Source: Xanthomarina spongicola (GTDB taxonomy: Bacteria; Bacteroidota; Bacteroidia; Flavobacteriales; Flavobacteriaceae). From it: 24,000 nucleotides of DNA. Below are positions 1 through 8,067 of the stretch, piece after piece. The DNA lies in assembly GCF_003148645.1 (NCBI RefSeq), contig NZ_QGGP01000005.1, positions 96,751 to 120,750 on the forward strand. Reading direction: 5' to 3'. Position numbers and translations under genes: made by a program. Under the pieces are notes generated by a model. That model saw only the letters and a program-made list of their open reading frames with translations, did no database searches and was not told the origin of the DNA. Every line of letters begins with the position of its first letter. The first letter of the stretch is position 1.

Positions 1-72
1 TACAGCCGTTTGCTCGTTCATCCTAAAATTGATAGGTCGAATCATCAAGATTGTATTTGTTGTCTGTTGCAT
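1..72 (-). CDS. 5' end (first 24 codons) of a gene running off the left edge; N-terminus resembles amidinotransferase-fold / arginine-deiminase-related (CtlX-like) proteins
   Basis: Minus-strand ATG at 70-72; my translation of rc(1..72) is MQQTTNTILMIRPINFRMNEQTAV. The ILMIRP-x-F-x-x-N-E-x-TA pattern matches my memory of N-termini of this family. Fragment is too short for certainty. Confidence 0.35.
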   Translation of the reverse strand, partial: MQQTTNTILMIRPINFRMNEQTAV

Positions 73-184
73 GAATTTGAATTTAAATTGCAAAATTACT
101 TTATTAAAATGAAATGTAATTATGTAAAGTAAAAAAATTGTAACTTTAAACTACCTTGTCAATAATTTATAAAATCTTATAATT

Positions 185-691
185 ATGAAATATGCTTTCC
201 TCCTTTTTGCTTCTTTAATATTATGTGTTTCCTGTCAAAATAACACTCAAACTGAAGATATAAATCCAATAAATTGGAAAAAAAGAAGTGTTGACTTACC
301 AATGAATGATACTTTAACGAAGGGAAAAAGCTATTTGTCTGTTTATTCTGAAATCTATAGTATTACAGAACATAGAACCATTAACTTAACAGTAACAGTT
401 AGTTTAAGAAATGTAAGTATAAATGAGCCTGTTTATCTTTTAGATGCTTCTTACTACAATACCAAAGGCGATTTAATTAGATCTTACTTTAAAGATCCCG
501 TATTATTAAACCCTTTAGAAACCATTGAAATAATTATTGACGAAAAAGATACTCATGGTGGTTCTGGTGCCAATTTTATTTTCGATTGGGCTTTAAATCA
601 TTCTGGTCATGAACCCTTATTTGAAGCAGTTATGATATCTACATCAGGCCAGCAAGGTATTTCGTTCACAACGCAAGGAGTAACATTATAA
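185..691 (+). CDS. Small secreted lipoprotein, DUF3124-like (function unknown)
   Basis: ATG at 185. N-terminal signal peptide with lipobox MKYAFLLFASLILCVSC. The central YLSVYSEIY ... LRN ... YYNTKGDLIRSY ... GGSGANFIFDW pattern recalls the DUF3124 family; recognised from memory, not searched. Confidence 0.6.
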   Translation: MKYAFLLFASLILCVSCQNNTQTEDINPINWKKRSVDLPMNDTLTKGKSYLSVYSEIYSITEHRTINLTVTVSLRNVSINEPVYLLDASYYNTKGDLIRSYFKDPVLLNPLETIEIIIDEKDTHGGSGANFIFDWALNHSGHEPLFEAVMISTSGQQGISFTTQGVTL

Positions 692-702
692 AAATTTAAT
701 TA

Positions 703-1389
703 TCAAGGAGTTGAATTAGACACTTGAAGTGATTTCCCATTGTAATATTTTTGTCCATTTAAAGAAAAATCAAGAATATATTCTGCCATCTCTATAGCTG
801 TAGTTGGTGCCACATATCCAGGAAATGCCTCTTCAAGCATTTCTGTTTGTACAGCTCCTAAAGCAAGTACATTAAAACTAGGTCCTGTTTCTTTAAACTC
901 TTCAGCTAGTAATTCTGTAAGTATAATAAGAGCTCCTTTACTAGAGCTGTATGCCGAAAGTCCCGGGAATTTAACACTGCCTTGTATGCCTCCAATAGAA
1001 CTAATAGTAACTACATGACTGTTTTTTTTCATAAATGGAAGAACAGTTCTTATCATTTCTGAAACACCAAACACATTTGTTTTATAAACCTGCTCAAAAT
1101 CTGCCATAGTTGTTTCTACAAATGGTTTATTTATTAAGGTTCCTGCATTATTTATTAAAACATCTACCTGCTTCCAGTTTGTATTAATAAATTCTTCGAC
1201 TTTTTTGTAATCTGATATTTCACAAACATCACAAGAAATAGTGAAAACATTTTTTATCTGAAGCTCACTTATTGGATTTAAATTTCTAGACAATGCTAAA
1301 ACTTGGTGCCCTTGACTTGCAAATAACTTAACAAGTTCAAACCCTATACCTCTACTTGTCCCTGTAATAATGATGTTTCTAGTCTTCAT
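703..1389 (-). CDS. Short-chain dehydrogenase/reductase (SDR) family oxidoreductase
   Basis: N-terminal cofactor motif ITGTSRGIG (TGxxxGIG), NNAG motif, catalytic S...YSSSK (YxxxK). Start overlaps the upstream M28 gene stop by 11 nt. Confidence 0.85.
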   Translation of the reverse strand: MKTRNIIITGTSRGIGFELVKLFASQGHQVLALSRNLNPISELQIKNVFTISCDVCEISDYKKVEEFINTNWKQVDVLINNAGTLINKPFVETTMADFEQVYKTNVFGVSEMIRTVLPFMKKNSHVVTISSIGGIQGSVKFPGLSAYSSSKGALIILTELLAEEFKETGPSFNVLALGAVQTEMLEEAFPGYVAPTTAIEMAEYILDFSLNGQKYYNGKSLQVSNSTP

Positions 1390-2410
1390 ACAATACTATT
1401 TCTTTAGTTGGAGTATTACTCATGACTTCGATTGCTGGAATAATTTTATTGATTAAAGATGCCATATGATTGTAATCTAATTTATCAGCTTCATCATGAA
1501 CATGATGATAAAAATTATAATTTGATAAATCGCAAGATGAAATGGTTTGACTTGGTAATTTGAATGCCTCATAAAATGGATGATTATCTGAAGCTCTAAA
1601 CAGTTGATATTGTTTAGCAATTTCAGAAAAACCCACTAAATTACTTCCTACATATTCATTAATTTTTGATGCCATATTAGATAAATCATATCCTGTAATA
1701 AAAACTTCATAATCTCTATCTGTAAAAGGAACACCAATCATTTCAAAATTTAACATGGTATATAAATTTACCTCTTCAGCTTTTAATTTACCAGCTAAAT
1801 GTTTTGAACCTAATAAGCCCATTTCTTCTGCAGAAAATAAAACAAACATCAAACTTCTACCATTCGATTTATTCTCTGAAAAATATTTAGCCATAGCCAA
1901 AACAGCACTTGTACCAGCTGCATTATCGTTAGCTCCATTGGCAATTGAATCGTTCTCAACGGCTTTTCCATAACCTATATGGTCGTAATGTGCTCCTATA
2001 ATAATTAATTCTTCTTTTAGATTTGCATTTTGTCCTTCAAGAAAGCCAACTACATTATATGCATTCTTGTCTCCTACCTTAAAAGAATCTAGATAGGTTT
2101 CAAAATATGGTTGTATACCATGTTTGTTAAATTTTTTCTCAATATACATAGCTGCTTTTGCTATCCCTTCTGTTCCTGTATTTCTACCTAGCAACTCATC
2201 TGATGATAAATAAGAAACCGTTTCATTTAATTCTAAAGATGTTATTAAACTATTCTTTTTTGAATTAGAAGATGATGCCATAATAACATCATTTTTTGAA
2301 GGATTTGGAATAATGTTTTGATTTGGATCATCATTATTCATAACAACTGTCGTTGATTTACATGCTACTAAAAGAAATCCAACTGAAATTAGTATTAAAA
2401 AGTGCTTCAT
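1379..2410 (-). CDS. M28 family zinc aminopeptidase, lipoprotein
   Basis: Signal/lipobox MKHFLILISVGFLLVAC. M28 metal-ligand blocks IIGAHYDHIG, GANDNAAGTSAVL, FSAEEMGLLGS. Confidence 0.85.
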   Translation of the reverse strand: MKHFLILISVGFLLVACKSTTVVMNNDDPNQNIIPNPSKNDVIMASSSNSKKNSLITSLELNETVSYLSSDELLGRNTGTEGIAKAAMYIEKKFNKHGIQPYFETYLDSFKVGDKNAYNVVGFLEGQNANLKEELIIIGAHYDHIGYGKAVENDSIANGANDNAAGTSAVLAMAKYFSENKSNGRSLMFVLFSAEEMGLLGSKHLAGKLKAEEVNLYTMLNFEMIGVPFTDRDYEVFITGYDLSNMASKINEYVGSNLVGFSEIAKQYQLFRASDNHPFYEAFKLPSQTISSCDLSNYNFYHHVHDEADKLDYNHMASLINKIIPAIEVMSNTPTKEIVLYED

Positions 2411-2558
2411 GTATTTATATATTTTGGTTTAAAGATAAAAAAAATTGATAGGTATGAAGATGCTTTCTTAACGTTTGTTTATTAGGATAGTTAAGGGGTA
2501 ATAAGATTTAGCTTAATTCACTAAAAATGATTAAATTGTAGAAAACAAATTTTAATAA

Positions 2559-3332
2559 ATGTCTTCAAGTAAATCTCCAATATATATCATGGTTATTGAG
2601 ACTAGTAATTTTTTACACAGACTTGAGGCAAATCAGTTTAATTTATTTACTCAAAAGCTTCATAATGGTATTTCTAATTTACTAAAAAAATTTGATGGAC
2701 GTATTTTAAATCACAACGACAACACCTATGAAGTGACGTTCAATACAGTAACAAACGCTGTTCTATGTGGCTTAAAATTGCGATCTAATTTTAAATACAT
2801 CACTCCTAAATTTGACAAATCCATTCGAGATTTAAAACTTGGAATAGCAGAAGGTAAATCTAATAACTCCAAATTATTGGCCTCCAGAATGTGTGAAGTG
2901 GTTGTGGAGGATAAATTTGTGGTTTCTGAAGCTGTCAAAATTGCATATGAAAAAGAAAACAGAAACAACTTTATTAATAGAGATGATATAAAAATTTTAA
3001 CGGTTTCTGAAGAGCAGTTTCTAACGCAACTAATGAACTATTTGGAAACCATTTGGAATGATGCAGGTTTTAAAGTTTATAGTTTTAGTGAATCTCTTGG
3101 CTTAAGCACCTCACAGTTTTATAGAAAGCTTAAAACATTAACAGGTAAATCCCCAAGTGAATTTTTAAGAAATTATAGACTGAAACAAGCCATGAACATG
3201 TTGCATACTAAAAAAGGTAACATTACTGAAATTGCCGAAAAAGCTGGATTTAACAGCCTGACTTATTTCTCAAAATGTTTTAAGGACACGTTTCATATTT
3301 TACCTTCAAAGTATCTTCAGCAGCATGCATAA
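2559..3332 (+). CDS. AraC/XylS family transcriptional regulator with atypical N-terminal sensor-like domain
   Basis: C-terminal ~100 aa carry the double HTH typical of AraC (LGLSTSQFYRKLKTLTGKSPSEFLRNYRLKQA...ITEIAEKAGFNSLTYFSKCFKDTF). The N-terminal ~140 aa are discussed in findings. Confidence 0.8.
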   Translation: MSSSKSPIYIMVIETSNFLHRLEANQFNLFTQKLHNGISNLLKKFDGRILNHNDNTYEVTFNTVTNAVLCGLKLRSNFKYITPKFDKSIRDLKLGIAEGKSNNSKLLASRMCEVVVEDKFVVSEAVKIAYEKENRNNFINRDDIKILTVSEEQFLTQLMNYLETIWNDAGFKVYSFSESLGLSTSQFYRKLKTLTGKSPSEFLRNYRLKQAMNMLHTKKGNITEIAEKAGFNSLTYFSKCFKDTFHILPSKYLQQHA

Positions 3333-3334
3333 AA

Positions 3335-3366
3335 AAACCCTATTTCAACTTAATGAAACAGGGTTT
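3335..3366. terminator. Bidirectional intrinsic terminator between the convergent AraC and E2 genes
   Basis: Hairpin AAACCCTATTTCA / loop ACTTAA / TGAAACAGGGTTT: 12 pairs, one A-C mismatch, 3 G-C at the base. It is flanked by an A7 run (3331-3337) on one side and TTT on the other, so a U-tract follows on either strand. Confidence 0.6.
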
Positions 3367-3402
3367 ATAAATATGTTTTATAAACTACACTCTAAATAGT
3401 AA

Positions 3403-5037
3403 TTACACCAACATAGTAACAGGATTTTCTATATATTCTTTTAAAGTTAATAGAAACTCTGAACCAGTTGCTCCATCTACTGTTCTATGGTCGCAAGCCA
3501 TAGTTAATTTCATAGTATTACCTACAACTATTTGTCCGTTTTTAACTACTGGTTTTTCAACAATAGCTCCAACAGATAAAATAGCTGAATTAGGCTGATT
3601 GATTATTGAAGTAAAACTCTCAATTCCAAACATCCCTAAATTAGAAATAGTAAAGGTGCTACCTTCCATTTCTTGAGGTGTTAATTTTTTATTTCTAGCT
3701 CTTACTGCATAATCTTTTACTGAAGCTCCAATTTGAGTTAAACTCTGCTCATTGGCAAATTTTACTACTGGAACAACCAAACCATCTGGAACAGCAACAG
3801 CTACTCCAATATGAACGTGGTTATTAATTTGCATTCTATCATCAAACCACTGAGAATTAACTTGAGGATGCCTTTTTAATGCTAAAGCACATGCTTTAAC
3901 AATAATATCGTTGAATGAGATTTTAGTTTCTGGTAACGAATTGTATTGTTGACGGAATGCTATAGCATTCTCCATATCAAACTCCACATTTAAATAATAA
4001 TGAGGTGCTGTAAATTTAGATTCAGCTAAACGTTTGGCTATTACCTTACGCATTTGCGAATGTTTCACCTCATCAAAATCTTCTTGTCCACTAGGTATAA
4101 ATTTACCAACTGAAGCAGATGATGTACCTGGAGTGAAATTCTCGATGTCACGTTTTACTATTCTTCCGTTTTCACCAGTTCCTTGTACTTGAGATAGGTT
4201 TATTCCTTTTTCTTCGGCCATTTTTTTAGCTAATGGCGAAACAAATATTCTACTTGAATTTGACGTTGAGACTGAAGTTTGAGACTTCTCAGCAGAACTT
4301 ATACTGAGCGCAGTAGAAGTGCTTGAAGTAACAGTTGTGTCTTTTTTAGTTTCAGCTTTAGGAGTTGTTTCCTCTTTTTTAGCTGAATCACCTTCTGCTT
4401 TAAAGTTTTTTGCTACTACAGAAACATCTGTCCCTTTTGGACCAATGATAGCTAAAAGTGAATCTACTTTGGCAGATTCTCCTTCTTGCAATCCAATATG
4501 CAATAAGGTTCCTGATTGAAATGACTCAAACTCCATAGTAGCTTTATCTGTTTCAATTTCAGCAAGAATTTCACCTTCCTCAACCGTGTCTCCAACTTTT
4601 TTCAACCAAGTTGCAACGGTTCCTTCTTCCATTGTGTCACTTAATCTTGGCATAGTAACTACAGTAACTCCTTCAGGAAGACTCACTTCTTCTTTTGCTT
4701 CTGAATTAGATTCTTCGCTATCGCTTTGAACAATATTTACTTTAGATGCATTCTCTGAAACTTTTGGATTGGAGACTAATAACTCAGAAATATCTTCTCC
4801 TTTTTCTCCAATAATTGCTAAAAGCTCATCTACTTTAGTAGTTTCTCCTTCTTGTACTCCAATATGTAATAAGATTCCTTCATGAAAAGATTCAAATTCC
4901 ATTGTAGCTTTATCTGTTTCTATTTCTGCTAAAATATCTCCTTCGCTTACTTTATCTCCAACTTTTTTCAACCAAGTAGCAACAGTACCTTCTTCCATGG
5001 TATCGCTTAAACGAGGCATATTTATTATTTCTGCCAT
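3403..5037 (-). CDS. Pyruvate dehydrogenase complex dihydrolipoamide acetyltransferase (E2) with two lipoyl domains
   Basis: Two ETDKATMEF lipoyl-lysine motifs, a peripheral subunit-binding segment (SPLAKKMAEEKGINLSQVQGTGENGRIVKRD), and a C-terminal catalytic domain with the DHRxxDG motif (CDHRTVDGA). Starts 3 nt after the E1-alpha stop. Confidence 0.9.
   Translation of the reverse strand: MAEIINMPRLSDTMEEGTVATWLKKVGDKVSEGDILAEIETDKATMEFESFHEGILLHIGVQEGETTKVDELLAIIGEKGEDISELLVSNPKVSENASKVNIVQSDSEESNSEAKEEVSLPEGVTVVTMPRLSDTMEEGTVATWLKKVGDTVEEGEILAEIETDKATMEFESFQSGTLLHIGLQEGESAKVDSLLAIIGPKGTDVSVVAKNFKAEGDSAKKEETTPKAETKKDTTVTSSTSTALSISSAEKSQTSVSTSNSSRIFVSPLAKKMAEEKGINLSQVQGTGENGRIVKRDIENFTPGTSSASVGKFIPSGQEDFDEVKHSQMRKVIAKRLAESKFTAPHYYLNVEFDMENAIAFRQQYNSLPETKISFNDIIVKACALALKRHPQVNSQWFDDRMQINNHVHIGVAVAVPDGLVVPVVKFANEQSLTQIGASVKDYAVRARNKKLTPQEMEGSTFTISNLGMFGIESFTSIINQPNSAILSVGAIVEKPVVKNGQIVVGNTMKLTMACDHRTVDGATGSEFLLTLKEYIENPVTMLV
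4432..5019 (-). repeat. Internal tandem duplication encoding the two lipoyl domains of E2 (copies at 4798-5019 and 4432-4653)
   Basis: Residues 7-80 and 129-202 are near-identical at protein level (MPRLSDTMEEGTVATWLKKVGD...AEIETDKATMEFESF...LLHIG.QEGE..KVD.LLAIIG.KG) at an offset of 122 aa. The DNA is diverged at synonymous sites. Confidence 0.8.
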
Positions 5038-5040
5038 AGC

Positions 5041-6039
5041 TTATATTTTATGTTGAATAAATGGATAATCTTTTTGCTCGTAAACAGCATCGTACATGAC
5101 GTTTATATCTGGATATGGAGACTCTTCAGCAAATTTTTCACATTCACTTACTAATTCTTTAACGCGTTTATCAATTTTTTTGATCTCTGCTTCAGTAGCA
5201 TATTTCTTTTCAAGAATAACCTCTTTTACTTGAGTAATAGGATCTATTTTCTTGTATTCTTCTACTTCATCTTTTGTTCTATAATGTTGTGCATCACTCA
5301 TAGAATGACCTCTATAACGATAAGTCTTTAACTCTAAAAATGTTGGACCATCTCCACGTCTTGCTCTTTTAATAGCTTCATCGAAAGCTTCAGCAACCTT
5401 AACAGGATTCATCCCATCCACAGGTCCACAAGGCATTTCGTAACCTTTACCTAATTTCCAAATATCTGTATGGTTTGCAGTACGAGCTACTGAAGTTCCC
5501 ATAGCATAACCATTGTTTTCACAAACAAAAACTACTGGCAATTTCCAAAGCATGGCCATATTAAAAGTTTCATGAAGCGATCCTTGCCTTGCAGCTCCAT
5601 CTCCAAAACAACATAAAGTAACTGCGTCTATATTATGATATTTATCTCCAAATGCAATACCAGCTCCTAATGGTATTTGACCTCCTACTATACCATGGCC
5701 ACCATAAAAACGATGTTCTTTAGAAAAAATATGCATAGAGCCTCCTAAACCTTGAGATGTTCCTGTAGCCTTACCATATAATTCTGCCATAACACGTCTT
5801 GGATCAACTCCCATTCCAATTGGTTGGACATGATTTCTATAAGCAGTAATCATTTTATCTTTAGTTAAGTCCATAGCGTGTAAAGCGCCAGCAAGAATAG
5901 CTTCTTGTCCATTATATAAATGAAGAAATCCTCTAACTTTTTGTTGAATGTAAACGGCAGCTAGTTTGTCTTCAAACTTTCTCCAGAACAACATATCTTC
6001 ATACCACTTAAGGTAAACTTCTTTTGTTATTTTTTGCAT
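5041..6039 (-). CDS. pdhA: Pyruvate dehydrogenase (acetyl-transferring) E1 component, alpha subunit
   Basis: ThDP-binding block GDGAARQGSLHETFNMAMLWKLPVVFVCENNGYAMGT and the YRYRGHSMSD loop typical of heterotetrameric E1-alpha. Directly upstream of E2. Confidence 0.9.
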   Translation of the reverse strand: MQKITKEVYLKWYEDMLFWRKFEDKLAAVYIQQKVRGFLHLYNGQEAILAGALHAMDLTKDKMITAYRNHVQPIGMGVDPRRVMAELYGKATGTSQGLGGSMHIFSKEHRFYGGHGIVGGQIPLGAGIAFGDKYHNIDAVTLCCFGDGAARQGSLHETFNMAMLWKLPVVFVCENNGYAMGTSVARTANHTDIWKLGKGYEMPCGPVDGMNPVKVAEAFDEAIKRARRGDGPTFLELKTYRYRGHSMSDAQHYRTKDEVEEYKKIDPITQVKEVILEKKYATEAEIKKIDKRVKELVSECEKFAEESPYPDINVMYDAVYEQKDYPFIQHKI

Positions 6040-6208
6040 CTAAATTGTTATTAAGATAATGCTTAAGATTAACCTTATTAAAAACCAACGCGTAATTCCA
6101 ATATTAATTTGGAATAAGCGAATAGCAAAAATACTACTTTAGTTACTAATGAAAAAACTGTATTTCGTAAATTTTGTTGAGAAACTAATAATTTGTCTGT
6201 TAAATATC

Positions 6209-6691
6209 TTAAAGAACAGATTTATCGAATACCAATGGTAGTAGGTTTGCTAAAGAATGAGACTTCACTACTTTACCAGTTTCACCCATAAAATATATTT
6301 CTATTGGAGAATCTTGCTTGACTTCATATTCTGCAATAGCTTGTCTACAAGCTCCACAAGGTGGAATTGGTGTAATGGTTTGATGAATTCTAGAACCAGC
6401 AATAATAGCCATTTTTAATATTTTAGCGTCTGGAAATTGAGAACCAGCATAGTATATTGCTGTTCGTTCTGCGCATAAACCTGATGGATATGATGCATTT
6501 TCTTGATTACTTCCTAAAACAATTTGATTATTGTCTAATAATATGGCTGCACCTACACTAAACTTTGAATAAGGTGAATATGAATTTTTTCTAGCTTTAA
6601 CTGCTTGATTCATTAATTCTGAAATATCTGATGGCAACTCTTCTATATTATCGAATACAGTTAATGTTGATTCAATTTTTATTTCTTTCAT
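6209..6691 (-). CDS. cdd: Cytidine deaminase (small homotetrameric type)
   Basis: Zinc/catalytic motifs CAERTAI and PCGACRQ at the usual spacing; 160 aa. Confidence 0.9.
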   Translation of the reverse strand: MKEIKIESTLTVFDNIEELPSDISELMNQAVKARKNSYSPYSKFSVGAAILLDNNQIVLGSNQENASYPSGLCAERTAIYYAGSQFPDAKILKMAIIAGSRIHQTITPIPPCGACRQAIAEYEVKQDSPIEIYFMGETGKVVKSHSLANLLPLVFDKSVL

Positions 6692-6733
6692 TCTTTATTA
6701 TATATACTTAAAGTTAGCAATACTATTTTAGAC

Positions 6734-6765
6734 AAAAAAACTATTGCGTTTGCAATAGTTTTTTT
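6734..6765 (-). terminator. Intrinsic terminator downstream of porV
   Basis: Perfect hairpin ACTATTGC / GTTT / GCAATAGT (6740-6759) flanked by A7 and T7 runs. On the minus strand it follows the porV stop (6787) by about 20 nt and is followed by a U-tract. Confidence 0.65.
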
Positions 6766-6786
6766 ATATCTAATTAATCATAAAAA

Positions 6787-8034
6787 TTAATATTCAGAAT
6801 AAGCTTCTCTATCTATATTGAAAACTAGTGAGAAACGTAAAGTATTTTCTAATGGGCTTGGTACTTGAGATGCTGAGAATAAGTAAGACAAGTCTAGGCC
6901 AATTACATTATATTTAAATCCAGCTCCTATTGAGAAAAATTGTCTTGCACCTTTTTCTGGACTCTCATGAAAATATCCTGCTCTAAATGCAAAAGAGTCT
7001 TGATAAGAATATTCTGCGCCAATTGCCCAAGTTACTTCTTGCATTTCTTCGCTAAAGCCTCCTGGAGCATCTCCAAAAGATTGGAACATACCTTTAACAA
7101 AGCCAACATCTGGATCTTTTCCTTCAATTATGTAATTGTTGTCTTCACTTATTAATATATCTCCATCAGCTGGTTCGTAAACCCCATCATCATTAACGTC
7201 GTCGTATACTAATTGTGTTCCAGTAATTGGAGGAGTTGGTACTAATAATTTTGTGAATTCTGCTGTTAAAGAAACTCTATTATAATCGTCAAGTAAAAAA
7301 TCGAATCCAGCCCCTAAACGTAGATTTGTAGGCTGAAAGTTTTCTTGTCCTCCTTCATCATACTTAAATTTTGGACCAATATTTTGAATAGCAAATCCAA
7401 ATCGATATTTTCCATTAAAGCTATTAAATGCTTGTTCTTCGCTTTGATAGAATCCAGAAATATCTACACCAAAAGTACTTGCTGCAGATGTGTCTCCATT
7501 TCCATCTGGAATTTTTAAATCGGAATTTAAATAACGCATTGCAACAGACATACCGAACTGATCGCTTAATCTTAATGCATAAGACACATCAAAAGTAAAC
7601 TCGTTAGGACTCTGTATTAATGGTGTTTGGTTTTCATCTTCAACAAATTCTATATCACCTAAAGAAAAGTATCTAAAACTCGCAGCAAATGAGCTTCTTT
7701 CATTTATTCTATTAAAATAAGTAAGGCTTCCTAAAAATATATCGTTTACTAATTTACTTAAATATGGTGTATAACTAATAGCAACTCCTTGTTTGGTTTC
7801 TGAAAACACATATTTTGAAGAATTCCATTGCTGAGAAAATCCATCTACAGATGTTGCAACTCCCATATCTCCCATGGATGCTGCACGAGCATCTGAAGCG
7901 ATTAATAAAAAAGGTACTCCTGTTGTTATAACTCGTGAATCGTAAGGATCTGGAGTGATTTCTTCAACTATGTTTTGTGATTGTATTTGAGTTGCAAAAA
8001 ATAATGCTGATAACATTAATATTGATTTCTTCAT
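6787..8034 (-). CDS. porV: Type IX secretion system outer-membrane beta-barrel protein PorV (LptO)
   Basis: Signal peptide MKKSILMLSALFFATQIQSQ. Characteristic N-terminal ITTGVPFLLIASDARAASMGDMGVATS block, beta-barrel-like alternating sequence ending in an aromatic C-terminus. Immediately downstream of porU as in other Flavobacteriia. Confidence 0.85.
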   Translation of the reverse strand: MKKSILMLSALFFATQIQSQNIVEEITPDPYDSRVITTGVPFLLIASDARAASMGDMGVATSVDGFSQQWNSSKYVFSETKQGVAISYTPYLSKLVNDIFLGSLTYFNRINERSSFAASFRYFSLGDIEFVEDENQTPLIQSPNEFTFDVSYALRLSDQFGMSVAMRYLNSDLKIPDGNGDTSAASTFGVDISGFYQSEEQAFNSFNGKYRFGFAIQNIGPKFKYDEGGQENFQPTNLRLGAGFDFLLDDYNRVSLTAEFTKLLVPTPPITGTQLVYDDVNDDGVYEPADGDILISEDNNYIIEGKDPDVGFVKGMFQSFGDAPGGFSEEMQEVTWAIGAEYSYQDSFAFRAGYFHESPEKGARQFFSIGAGFKYNVIGLDLSYLFSASQVPSPLENTLRFSLVFNIDREAYSEY

Positions 8035-8067
8035 AAATTCTATTTATTTAACAAATATATATTTTTA

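Noticed and set aside
25-37. 13-mer AAAATTGATAGGT repeated at 25-37 and 2441-2453
   Set aside because: One copy lies in coding sequence and the other is intergenic. In a 24-kb AT-rich window several chance 13-mer matches are expected, and there is no extended similarity around them.
73-184. Promoter elements (Bacteroidota -33 TTG / -7 TAnnTTTG) in this and other intergenic regions (2411-2558, 6040-6208, 6692-6733, 17331-17419, 18734-18832)
   Set aside because: Only partial matches were found (for example TAACTTTA upstream of cdd, TATATTTA upstream of the peptidase gene). In ~30% GC DNA these are too frequent to report as features without TSS data.
1022-1029. T8 homopolymer inside the SDR gene (and similar A/T7-8 runs in porU and elsewhere) as phase-variation tracts
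   Set aside because: They encode Lys-Lys(-Asn) in an AT-rich genome where such runs are common. There is no sign of frameshifted or split ORFs.
1755-1973. 72-aa plus-strand ORF
   Set aside because: Entirely antisense to the well-supported M28 peptidase gene. Low-complexity translation with no recognisable motif; typical shadow ORF.
2726-2968. 80-aa minus-strand ORF
   Set aside because: Antisense within the AraC regulator gene; no signal or motif; shadow ORF.
4319-4519. 66-aa plus-strand ORF
   Set aside because: Antisense to the E2 linker/lipoyl region; Ser/Val-rich mirror of the sense frame.
6105-6125. Small hairpin ATTCCAA/TATTAAT/TTGGAAT as a cdd terminator
   Set aside because: Only a 7-bp stem with 2 G-C pairs and no adjacent U-tract on the minus strand; too weak to call.
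6940-7155. 71-aa plus-strand ORF
   Set aside because: Antisense inside porV; no support.
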